Below, piece after piece: positions 30,794 through 41,280 of a stretch of 64,000 nt of DNA. The notes under the pieces are model-generated. The model saw nothing but the letters and a program-made list of their open reading frames with translations. It did not search any database and was not told the DNA's origin. This DNA is from Candidatus Eremiobacteria bacterium (lineage in GTDB: Bacteria > Vulcanimicrobiota > Vulcanimicrobiia > Vulcanimicrobiales > Vulcanimicrobiaceae), in assembly GCA_963758295.1 (NCBI GenBank), contig CAVWUU010000002.1, positions 96,001 to 160,000 of the forward strand, written 5' to 3'. Made by a program: the position numbers and the translations under genes. Numbering within the stretch: position 1 is the first letter of the stretch; every line of letters starts with the position of its first letter.

Positions 30794-32308
30794 CTAACCG
30801 GCCGTTTCGCCGTAGAACTTCGCGAGATCCGAATGGAACTTCGCAAGCGACGGAACGTGCATGTAGATCATGTGTCCCGAATCGTAGTAGCCGAACGTCA
30901 CGTGCGAACGAAGATTTGCGGGTAGACCCATGTGCGAAAAGGTCCATTCTGCTGCACCAAACGGCGTCGCGAGATCGTAGTAACCCGCGCCGACGAACAC
31001 GCGCAATTTGGAATTGGTCGTCATAGCTTCACGGAGATCGGGACTCGTCGTCGGAGCAAGCCAGCCAAAAATAGACTTGCGCGTGTAATCCCAGCTCTGG
31101 TTGGTCTCGCCGTTGATCTGCTTGTATTCCTCATCCGACTTCCAGTTGAGTTCATTGCGCGCGTAGCTCAAGAACATCGACTGAAAAGCGCCGCTCGTAG
31201 CGCTGTCCGAGGGATCGTACTCCGCCGAATCGCCGACGACGTCGAGATCGTAACCCACGTATCGCGCATCGAGGCGTCCAACCGTCTCACCCGATTCCCG
31301 CTTCAACTCTTTTTCGAAACGGCCGGGATCGACGCGGATGTCCGATTGCTCGACGTACTTTGCGCTGATTCCCATGAGCTTTGCAAGCTCGTTGGCTACC
31401 TGGGTCTTCTGGGCGTTCGGCAAACGATCGCCTTGCACCAGCGCACTTGCATATTGGCCGTTCGCAAACGAACGGGCTTCATCAACGACGCTCGAAAGTG
31501 AGCCTTTGTTCGACGCGGAGTCGTGATACCAACGGACGGCCGCTTCCGTCGGAAGATACGCGATGTACGCGAGATCGTTGCCCGGCCCCGGAGCAATCGT
31601 ATCGAAGTCGAGCACCGACGAGAGCAACACGACGCCGTTAAACGACATGTTGCGATTCTGCAAGTAGTCGACGAGCGCAGCCGAACGCGGCGTGCCGTAA
31701 CTTTCTCCGAGCAAATACTTCGGCGAATTCCACCGATCGTTCAACGTCACGTACCGTTCGATGAACTGACCGAAGGCCGCCGCGTCTTGATCGATGCCGT
31801 AAACAGTTTTCGGATCGGTTCCGGGCGACAAACGGCTGTATCCGGTCCCGGGGGCGTCAATGAAGACGAGGTCGGATTGATCGAGCAACGAGTACTGGTT
31901 ATCCGTTAACTGGTACGGCGGGCCGCCGGAGCTTTGCGCGTTCGGAAAGACGATACGGCGAGGTCCAAGCGCGCCCATATGCAGGTACACCGTTGCGGCG
32001 CCCGGGCCGCCGTTATATAGAAACGTTACGGGGCGGCGCCCTTTGCCGGCGCCATCTTCCGTGTAAGCCACGTAAAAGACGGTGGCTTCAGGCTTCTCTT
32101 TATCATTCTTGAGAATCAGCGTCCCCGCGGTTGCCGTGTAGGCGATACTTCGTCCGCCGAGCGTGATGTGATGGTGGGTGACGGAACTGCGCTCTTCCGG
32201 GTTCGGCGCAGTGTTGCGATGAACCGGCACGTGTTTGGGTGCGGCACTAACCACCGCAGGGAGAAGCGCAAGCACGCAAAGGCTTGCGACGGCATCTCTG
32301 ATTCGCAT
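30794..32308 (-). CDS. S10-family serine carboxypeptidase
   Basis: NGGPG, IDAPGTGYS, GESYG, GYYDLATP, GHMIY. Confidence 0.93.
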   Translation of the reverse strand: MRIRDAVASLCVLALLPAVVSAAPKHVPVHRNTAPNPEERSSVTHHHITLGGRSIAYTATAGTLILKNDKEKPEATVFYVAYTEDGAGKGRRPVTFLYNGGPGAATVYLHMGALGPRRIVFPNAQSSGGPPYQLTDNQYSLLDQSDLVFIDAPGTGYSRLSPGTDPKTVYGIDQDAAAFGQFIERYVTLNDRWNSPKYLLGESYGTPRSAALVDYLQNRNMSFNGVVLLSSVLDFDTIAPGPGNDLAYIAYLPTEAAVRWYHDSASNKGSLSSVVDEARSFANGQYASALVQGDRLPNAQKTQVANELAKLMGISAKYVEQSDIRVDPGRFEKELKRESGETVGRLDARYVGYDLDVVGDSAEYDPSDSATSGAFQSMFLSYARNELNWKSDEEYKQINGETNQSWDYTRKSIFGWLAPTTSPDLREAMTTNSKLRVFVGAGYYDLATPFGAAEWTFSHMGLPANLRSHVTFGYYDSGHMIYMHVPSLAKFHSDLAKFYGETAG

Positions 32309-32319
32309 GGGGATGCATT

Positions 32320-32343
32320 GAGGGCCGCATTGCTGCGGCCCTC
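32320..32343. terminator. 10-bp hairpin between the DUF3343 and S10 genes
   Basis: GAGGGCCGCA-ttgc-TGCGGCCCTC. No T-tract on the coding (minus) strand. Confidence 0.45.
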
Positions 32344-32350
32344 TTTCTCC

Positions 32351-32566
32351 TTACTTCACGACGCCGCCGAGTGCGACGCCCGCGCCGGTAAGCGCTGTTT
32401 TTGCTTGCGTTTCAGCGCCGACGTCGATGCTCAAGCATAAGTTCGAGCCCGAGTTTACGGTCGACGGTTTTGGAATCATCTTCGCCGTAACGCCGGCATC
32501 TTTGAGCGCCTTCGTGGCGATCATCGTGTCCGCGTTACTGCCGAAGAACAGAATGAGGTCAGCCAT
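32351..32566 (-). CDS. DUF3343-like small protein
   Basis: F.S....M.A.KALK..G......IP.P......L.I ferredoxin-like pattern; AGGA RBS. Confidence 0.7.
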   Translation of the reverse strand: MADLILFFGSNADTMIATKALKDAGVTAKMIPKPSTVNSGSNLCLSIDVGAETQAKTALTGAGVALGGVVK

Positions 32567-32578
32567 GGTAATCGGTCC

Positions 32579-33919
32579 TTAGCCGTTCGCGTCGCCGGTG
32601 ACCAATTGGTTCAGACCTTCCGCCACGTCGTTAAGATCGGCTACGCGATTCACGGCTTGCTGCATGCGGCTGCTCATTTCTTGCGAGAGCGTATCGATCA
32701 CAATCATGTCGCCATGAAGTTCTTCGTTCACCGATTTTAGCTCGGTGATTTCTCCGTTGGCGTAACCGTTGGTAGCCATCTGCGCGATCAACACGCCGCT
32801 GCGTTCCACAGCCGCTCGGGTCAGTGCCACGTGATCGCCGGAGACTTCGCTGCCCACGATGGCAACGCGGAGCTCCTTGGCTGCGGCGCGCACCTGAGAG
32901 CTGCGTTGCGCAAGCGTTTTCGAAAGGCGCTCGACGATGGGAACCGCAAGCGCGAGAGCGATCAATGCCGCAATGATGCCCCAAATGAGCAGCGTGCGGG
33001 TGATATCGTTGATGATGCCGGTAATTTGCGCCATCGGGAAACCGTACCAACGTGCGCCGATCACTTCGTTCTGATCGTTCTTGATCGGGTCGACGTGCAC
33101 AAGATATTCCGTCCCGGCAACGGAGTCCGTGCCGGTGTAGGCGTCGCCGGACTTCGCAACCTGCGTAGCCGGCGTATCTTGTTGGTCGACGACGCGCGTG
33201 CCGTCGGCCGTGTGAATCGTGCTCGCCACGATGGCGTCGCCGGAAATCACGGCGGCAGATCCACCGAGCGCCTGCGTCGATTGATCGACGAGATCGTAAT
33301 AGTGGTTCATCAGCTCGCCGCCGTAGATTGCGCCGATCGTACGTTCGTTCTGATCGCTGATCGGTGCGGCGGCCACTAGCGCCAGGCCCTTGTCCAAATG
33401 CTCGACGGTCGTTTTGCCGTCGGTTCCGGTTACGCTCGATTCGGCTTGCGCTCCTAGACCTTCACCGGAGAGCAGGCTCTGATCCAGCAATGCGGCGGTG
33501 CTTACGGTCTCACCGGTCAGCGCGCGCTGAATCAGTTTGTCGCCGTGAAGCGATCCGTTTTGCGTACCGTCCGCACGAGCAATGACGTTCCCGTTCGTGT
33601 CGACGATAGTCAGGAAAGAAAGTCCTGAGGTGCGCAGCGTGTTCGCCAGTTGATCCTGAAGCGCCGCGACGTTATGCGATGCGAGGCTTTTCTTGAGCGC
33701 ATCGCTGACGGCGTCTTGCGCCACCAACAGACGAATCTGGTCTTTTCGAGAGTCCCAGTATCCGCCGAAAGCGCCGGCACCGTTCGACGCTTGGGTGGCC
33801 CCGAGTTTATGAAGATCCGCGGTCAGCACCAATCGCGCTGCCACGACGCTGATAACGAAAAATAAGACGATTGCTCCGATGATCGTGCCCAAAAGGCGAA
33901 CGCGAAGACTCATCTTCAT
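32579..33919 (-). CDS. Cache-domain membrane sensor with a short MCP-like cytoplasmic coiled coil
   Basis: TM, then about 280-aa extracytoplasmic double Cache ([24 protein letters not shown]), TM, then about 120-aa helical tail. ATGA overlap with the MCP stop. Confidence 0.8.
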   Translation of the reverse strand: MKMSLRVRLLGTIIGAIVLFFVISVVAARLVLTADLHKLGATQASNGAGAFGGYWDSRKDQIRLLVAQDAVSDALKKSLASHNVAALQDQLANTLRTSGLSFLTIVDTNGNVIARADGTQNGSLHGDKLIQRALTGETVSTAALLDQSLLSGEGLGAQAESSVTGTDGKTTVEHLDKGLALVAAAPISDQNERTIGAIYGGELMNHYYDLVDQSTQALGGSAAVISGDAIVASTIHTADGTRVVDQQDTPATQVAKSGDAYTGTDSVAGTEYLVHVDPIKNDQNEVIGARWYGFPMAQITGIINDITRTLLIWGIIAALIALALAVPIVERLSKTLAQRSSQVRAAAKELRVAIVGSEVSGDHVALTRAAVERSGVLIAQMATNGYANGEITELKSVNEELHGDMIVIDTLSQEMSSRMQQAVNRVADLNDVAEGLNQLVTGDANG

Positions 33920-35577
33920 GCCGAGACTTCCTCCGTGCCGGTATCGCTGACTTTGAATTTACCGAGATGCGATCCGATCTCGCCCGCAAGATCGTTCATT
34001 TGTTCGACCGACGAGAGCATCCGTTGCGCCGCGTCGGTCACTTCCTTGTTGACATAGGTGAGCACCTCAACCGAGGATGCATTTTGCTGTGAAATCGACG
34101 AAATATCGGAGAACGCTTTATTCACTTCATCCGACTGCGTCGTCATCGACTGCGTAGCCTTCAGATTGATGCCTACGGATTTAGTGATCTCTTCGATCTG
34201 CCGGATCACTTGATACGAATTCGCGCTCATCGCGCGCGTAACCGAACCGATCTCACCGATCTGCTGATTAGCCGTAAGCACGGCAGAAACGATTTCTTGG
34301 AGCGCTGTCGAGGCGAGGCTCGTGCTGTTGACCGAGTCTTCGACGCGGCCGGTGAGGCGCTCCATCGCGCTTACGACCTCGTTGATCACTGCCTGAGTCG
34401 ACGTGATGTGCGAAGCGATCTCTTTCGTTGCTTGAACGCTGCCGTCGGCAAGTTTGCGAATTTCACTCGCGACAACGGCGAAACCGCGTCCGTGTTCGCC
34501 CGCGCGCGCAGCTTCAATCGCGGCGTTGAGCGCGAGCAGATTCGTCTGCTCGGCGATGCGGTCGATCACTTTGACGATATCGCCGATCTGTTCCGAATTC
34601 GAGCCGAGCTGCCGGATATCGCCCGCCAGATCGTTGATGGTGGCCCGAATGTTGAACATGCCGTCGATGATCGTATCGATCGACGTACCGCCCCGTTCGG
34701 CGGTCTGCGACGTTTCCTTCGAAATGCTCTGCAGCGAATCGACTTGCGCCGCTACTTCTTCAATCGATGTCGCCATGTTGGAAACGGCGAGCGCCGTTTC
34801 ATCAAGGCTGCGCGTCTGCTGTTCGGCCGACGCAGCGATCGTGGAGATGGCGTCGGTGAGAGCCAGGACTTTAGTGGTCGCCTCTTCGACGATGCGGCCC
34901 TGTTCCTGAATGCCTTCATCCAGCTGTCCTTGCGCAAGCGCTGCGCCTTCGATCACGGCGAGCGCCGTAGATGCCGTCGAGCGCAGGTCCGAACCAGCTG
35001 CACCGAGCGTTCCCGTATTGCGATGCAGTTGCCCGAGAAACTCGCGCATCCCAAAAATCAATTTGTTGAGCGCAATCGCCAGTTCTTGAAGTGCGACGTC
35101 GCTAACCGCGATGTTTTTGGTGAAGTCCCCCTGCGAGACTTCGCGAATGCCCGACGCGAGCGCGGCAATGCTGGTATGGGAAGTGCCGTTTTCGCCCCGC
35201 AGCGCACGATGTGCACCCGTCGACGACAGTCCGAACCGCTCGGCGCCGTCTTCACTGCCGGAGGCTTCTCCGTAAAACAAAGCACTGACGGCGATGCCGG
35301 CCAGCGTGACGAGCGTCGCTTCGAGTGCGGCAGGCTGCTGGCGCGACCCGTGCGCCACAAAATCGGCAATGCCGGCTGCAAGGGCGACGAGAGCGCCAAG
35401 AGGTGCGCCTGCCGCGGCCGCCGCCAGTGCCGCGATCACGACCAGCAAGACGGCTACCGGGGCGCCGACGCCAAGCCACGCGACGAGGGCGGCCGCTACG
35501 ACGGCACCTGCCGCAATAGAAAAACGAACCGGCCGCGTAAGCCGGGCGCGAAGGCCGGCAAAGTATGCGGAGATCAC
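33916..35577 (-). CDS. Methyl-accepting chemotaxis protein
   Basis: [37 protein letters not shown] tip; HAMP-like GDFT..ELA.ALNKL; hydrophobic N-terminus; AAGGAG RBS before GTG. Confidence 0.95.
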   Translation of the reverse strand: MISAYFAGLRARLTRPVRFSIAAGAVVAAALVAWLGVGAPVAVLLVVIAALAAAAAGAPLGALVALAAGIADFVAHGSRQQPAALEATLVTLAGIAVSALFYGEASGSEDGAERFGLSSTGAHRALRGENGTSHTSIAALASGIREVSQGDFTKNIAVSDVALQELAIALNKLIFGMREFLGQLHRNTGTLGAAGSDLRSTASTALAVIEGAALAQGQLDEGIQEQGRIVEEATTKVLALTDAISTIAASAEQQTRSLDETALAVSNMATSIEEVAAQVDSLQSISKETSQTAERGGTSIDTIIDGMFNIRATINDLAGDIRQLGSNSEQIGDIVKVIDRIAEQTNLLALNAAIEAARAGEHGRGFAVVASEIRKLADGSVQATKEIASHITSTQAVINEVVSAMERLTGRVEDSVNSTSLASTALQEIVSAVLTANQQIGEIGSVTRAMSANSYQVIRQIEEITKSVGINLKATQSMTTQSDEVNKAFSDISSISQQNASSVEVLTYVNKEVTDAAQRMLSSVEQMNDLAGEIGSHLGKFKVSDTGTEEVSA

Positions 35578-35643
35578 GACGCTCCTTCCGATTGATCCAA
35601 GCCTAACGCACGCGCTGGCCCGAGCAGCCGTGCCTCTAGTAGT

Positions 35644-35671
35644 TGTACGGCTAAAGTAGCTTCGTTCTTTA
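35644..35671 (-). promoter_or_regulatory. Putative sigma28 (FliA/SigD)-type promoter
   Basis: Minus strand TAAA-N16-GCCGTACA versus consensus TAAA-N15/16-GCCGATAA, about 66 nt upstream of the MCP start. Confidence 0.45.
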
Positions 35672-35703
35672 GGCGGGCCGGAAGACAGGCAAGCTAGCGG
35701 TAG

Positions 35704-36246
35704 CTAGCGTTCGTTGCGCGCCCGGCTGATGCGCCGGTCGCAGGTTTCGCAAAAGTGCGACATCTTGTTGTCGCTCTCGAAAATCGAATTGGAATAGTAC
35801 ATGGCGCAGCGCGCGTTGTAGCAGTGCTTCAGGCCGAACGCGTGGCCGAGTTCGTGCACGCACTCTTTGAGCGTGCGCTGGAAGAGGACGTTTGCATCGG
35901 GTTCTTCGCCGTAGTACTCCGAACGAAGGCGGTGCAGCGAAACCGCGGCTTGCCCCTGTGCCTCGTCGGCGTCGCCGAAGATAAAGCGATGCGACGTTTT
36001 GTAAAGATCGAAGTCGGTGATGCCGAGCAAAATACCCGACGCGTCGGGGTGCGCGCGGCGAATACGCGCAAACAATGTCGGAAGGAACAGCTGCTGCCGT
36101 GTTGCGTTCAGCGTCGTGCGCGGAACCGCTAGCGAGCGCTCAACCTCGACCGTTGCGAGGAATCGCTCCTCAAGACAGGGCGCAAGCCGGTCTAAGAACG
36201 CTACGTCGATAGCATTGATCGGGATGATGCGGATGCGCGACTCCAT
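35704..36246 (-). CDS. Archaemetzincin-family (M54) Zn metalloprotease
   Basis: HELGHAFGLKHC-x3-C-x-M...FCxxC; start MESRIRII. Confidence 0.9.
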   Translation of the reverse strand: MESRIRIIPINAIDVAFLDRLAPCLEERFLATVEVERSLAVPRTTLNATRQQLFLPTLFARIRRAHPDASGILLGITDFDLYKTSHRFIFGDADEAQGQAAVSLHRLRSEYYGEEPDANVLFQRTLKECVHELGHAFGLKHCYNARCAMYYSNSIFESDNKMSHFCETCDRRISRARNER

Positions 36247-36309
36247 CTGGGCGGCTTGCTTCGACGCGTCCTGCCGGAAAACTCCTACGACGATGCGAAA
36301 GCGCGCGTT

Positions 36310-36672
36310 ATGATCGTCGGCATCGGCATCGACCTCGCCGAAGTTGAACGCTATCGCTTCGACGAGCGGCGCCTCGCGTGGTTCGCGCGAAAGATTTACA
36401 CCGAAGAAGAGATGCGTTACGCCATGCGCAAGCGCCATTGGCCCGAACGCCTCGCCGGGTTCTTCGCCGCGAAGGAAGCGACGCGCAAAGCGTTCGGCCA
36501 TTGGATCCCGTGGCGCTTGGTCGGCGTTTCGCACGAGCGCAGCGGAAAACCGATCATCAGACTCTACGATGGAGCCGAGCAATTGCTCGCAGCGCGAAGC
36601 ATAAGTTCCCTTTCGTTGACGATCACGCATTCGTCGTCGACGGCTGCTGCGGTCGTGATCCTGGAACGATGA
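36310..36672 (+). CDS. acpS: Holo-ACP synthase
   Basis: GIGIDL, FAAKEA, GKP, LTITH. Confidence 0.95.
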   Translation: MIVGIGIDLAEVERYRFDERRLAWFARKIYTEEEMRYAMRKRHWPERLAGFFAAKEATRKAFGHWIPWRLVGVSHERSGKPIIRLYDGAEQLLAARSISSLSLTITHSSSTAAAVVILER

Positions 36673-38198
36673 TCTACGTCTTAACGCCCGAAGAAATGCG
36701 CGCTGCGGATGCGGAGGCCAGCGCGCGCACGAGCGCCACGCAGCTGATGGCGGATGCAGGCGAACGCATCGCGGAATATATTCGCACCCATCACGCCGCC
36801 GGGAGGATCGTCGCCTTCGCCGGTCCCGGAAATAACGGCGGCGATGCCTTCGCCGCGTTTGCCGGTTTGGACTCGTCGTACGAGCGCGTTATCTACGCCG
36901 CGCCGGCCGATCGGGAAAGCAAAGAAAGAAGGACCGCGCGACTGGAGGCCCTTGAAACGGGCGTCACCGTCAGGCCGTTGCCGCGTACCGGTGATGAAGC
37001 GCGCGCTGCATTACAGGGCGCCGCGCTCGGAATCGACGCGCTGTTCGGCACCGGCACACGCTTACCGATGGAAGAGTCGTACCGCCCTGCCGCGCGCGCC
37101 CTGAACGCCCAAGTCTTGCCGGTGCTCGCCATCGATATCCCGAGCGGCGTCGATGCGCTTACGGGCGCCGTCGCGCCCGATGCGGTCCACGCTTCTGCAA
37201 CGGTTACGATAGCCGCCCTCAAACCGGGCCTGCTGTTGAATCCTGCGCGAGAGCTCGCCGGCGACATTTGGATCGCGCAAATTGGAATCAGCGACGAAGA
37301 ACTTGCGCAACATGCGCGCACGTTTGACGCGTTGGACGATGCGGCGTTTCTCGCGCTCCTTCCGCATCGAAAAGCGAACACCGATAAACGCAGCGCCGGC
37401 GCACCGCTCGTGATCGCCGGCTCCGAACAATTTCCCGGCGCGGCGATCCTCTGCGCACTAGGGGCCGCTCGCGCGGGCGCCGGTTACGTGACCGTGGCTA
37501 CACCGGCCGCCGCAGCGCAAACGCTGCGCGCGCACCTGGTGGAACAAGTGGTAGTAGCCTTTGCCGGCACTTCGCCCGAAGAAGCAGCGGACGATTTGCT
37601 GGAGATCGCGCAGCGCAACAGCGCGATTGCCGTTGGGCCGGGCATGAGCCTCGACGACTGGACGGGTAAAATGCTCGGACGGTTGTTCGAGCGCGCAACC
37701 TTGCCGATCGTCGCCGATGCGAGCGCGCTGTTCCATTTATCGAAGCGTCTAGAGCTGGTGCGCAATAAACCGATCGTCGTAACGCCGCACGCCGGCGAGT
37801 TCGCGCGGCTTTCCGGAAAAGGCAGCGTCGCTGAAGGCGACCGTGTACATCGGCTTCGCGAGTTCGTAGACCGCACGGGCGTGACGACGTTATTGAAAGG
37901 TCAGTCGACGCTGATCTACGACGGCCGGAGGATGGAAATCAATACGACGGGAACGCAAGCGCTGGCAACGGCGGGCACGGGGGACGTGCTCACCGGAATC
38001 ACTGCGACGTTACTTTCTCAAGGGCTTTCCCCGTTCGACGCGGCGCGCGCAGCGGCGCATTGGCACGGTCTTGCGGGACGATTGTGTGCGACGAGACGCC
38101 GCGTAGGCGTGATGTCCGGCGATCTGCCCGACGCGTTAGGCGATGCGCTTCCTACGCCACATCCCCAACGAGCGCTACGACGCGTTGTTCCGTCTTGA
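36669..38198 (+). CDS. nnr: Bifunctional NAD(P)H-hydrate epimerase/dehydratase
   Basis: GPGNNGGD, DALFGTG, DIPSG, TPHAGE, GTGDVL; ATGA overlap with acpS. Confidence 0.95.
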   Translation: MIYVLTPEEMRAADAEASARTSATQLMADAGERIAEYIRTHHAAGRIVAFAGPGNNGGDAFAAFAGLDSSYERVIYAAPADRESKERRTARLEALETGVTVRPLPRTGDEARAALQGAALGIDALFGTGTRLPMEESYRPAARALNAQVLPVLAIDIPSGVDALTGAVAPDAVHASATVTIAALKPGLLLNPARELAGDIWIAQIGISDEELAQHARTFDALDDAAFLALLPHRKANTDKRSAGAPLVIAGSEQFPGAAILCALGAARAGAGYVTVATPAAAAQTLRAHLVEQVVVAFAGTSPEEAADDLLEIAQRNSAIAVGPGMSLDDWTGKMLGRLFERATLPIVADASALFHLSKRLELVRNKPIVVTPHAGEFARLSGKGSVAEGDRVHRLREFVDRTGVTTLLKGQSTLIYDGRRMEINTTGTQALATAGTGDVLTGITATLLSQGLSPFDAARAAAHWHGLAGRLCATRRRVGVMSGDLPDALGDALPTPHPQRALRRVVPS

Positions 38199-38556
38199 TG
38201 CGATGCATCAAGAGCGCGACGATCGACTCTACGTCATCCTGAAACGCCTGCGACTCGAACGAGACTTTGTCGGCATGCTTCCAGCGCCGAACGAACGTGT
38301 CGAAATGAATCGAGAACCGGCCCTGCTCTTCCAACATTTCGACGATCGAGACCCGGCGCGTAACGTCACGCTCCCGCATCAGCAGGCGGTATCCGAGGTG
38401 AACGTCTAAAGCGAGATGCGCTTCGAGGGTTTCGCAGAAGGCCTGCAATGCCGAAGGAACGTTGAACGAATCGCTGCTCTTAGCTTGTAGCAGCGACGCT
38501 ATCCGGAATCTCAAAAGTTCGTGGCGTTCGGCTAGAAACGCCGAAGAAAACACCAT
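38152..38556 (-). CDS. Hemerythrin-like four-helix protein (degenerate ligands)
   Basis: H..L / HL..D...Y / RI..E spacing; overlaps the nnr 3' end by 47 nt. Confidence 0.55.
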   Translation of the reverse strand: MVFSSAFLAERHELLRFRIASLLQAKSSDSFNVPSALQAFCETLEAHLALDVHLGYRLLMRERDVTRRVSIVEMLEEQGRFSIHFDTFVRRWKHADKVSFESQAFQDDVESIVALLMHRIKTEQRVVALVGDVA

Positions 38557-38884
38557 ACGGCCCACCCCCGTGTGCAACCGAGCATACCCTATTTCTCAGA
38601 ATTAGGCCAGCCGGAGAAGCGCCCGACTTCCCTTTCTTTGCAAAAGGGCGGTCATTTAGCTCCGAAGACGGCCCGGCGGATAACGGGACAGGCGTCGGCG
38701 ATCCCAAGGCCGCGCTCACGTTTCGGAAAGGCGCCGGTCTAGTCGTCTCGCGTTGCAAGCCAGCCATCCGACGCGGCCTCAAGACGCTCTTTCCGGAATA
38801 ACGGTAAAAGTCGCGTCGCCTGACGCGCGATTCAAGGGTTCGGCAGCGGGGCGCTCCAGCCCATCGCGCACGTCCCGCCGGCCT

Positions 38885-40912
<2,028 letters not shown>

Positions 40913-41269
40913 CTAACGAGGCTTCGGAGTGGTGATTTGAATCGGGTACCCGTCGGGATCGGAAATGACCGCGACTCTGCCGAACGATTCGTCGTACGGA
41001 TCTTGAAAGATCGGCACGCCCATCGATGCCGCATCCGCGACGAACCGGTCGACGTTATCGACCGAGAAGCCGAGTTGAAGCGACCCCGGACGAACCGCAA
41101 GGAGTTCGCTGCGCGCATGAAGCCCGAACGAAATGCCCGGCGACAACTCGAATTCCACCCAATGCGGCACGCTGTCGCCAAGGAGCTTCAATCCGAGAAC
41201 GTTGCGGTAAAAATCCCGCGAACGCGCGAGATCCGAACAAACGAGCATTGCCACCGAAAATTTCGCCAT
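40913..41269 (-). CDS. VOC/glyoxalase-family protein
   Basis: DLARSRDFY..VLGL, F.VDNVD, DPDG. Confidence 0.9.
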   Translation of the reverse strand: MAKFSVAMLVCSDLARSRDFYRNVLGLKLLGDSVPHWVEFELSPGISFGLHARSELLAVRPGSLQLGFSVDNVDRFVADAASMGVPIFQDPYDESFGRVAVISDPDGYPIQITTPKPR

Positions 41270-41280
41270 AGCTTGCGTTG

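Noticed and set aside
34210..35595. 461-aa plus-strand ORF
   Set aside because: Antisense shadow of the MCP gene; long antisense ORFs are expected with GC-rich codon bias.
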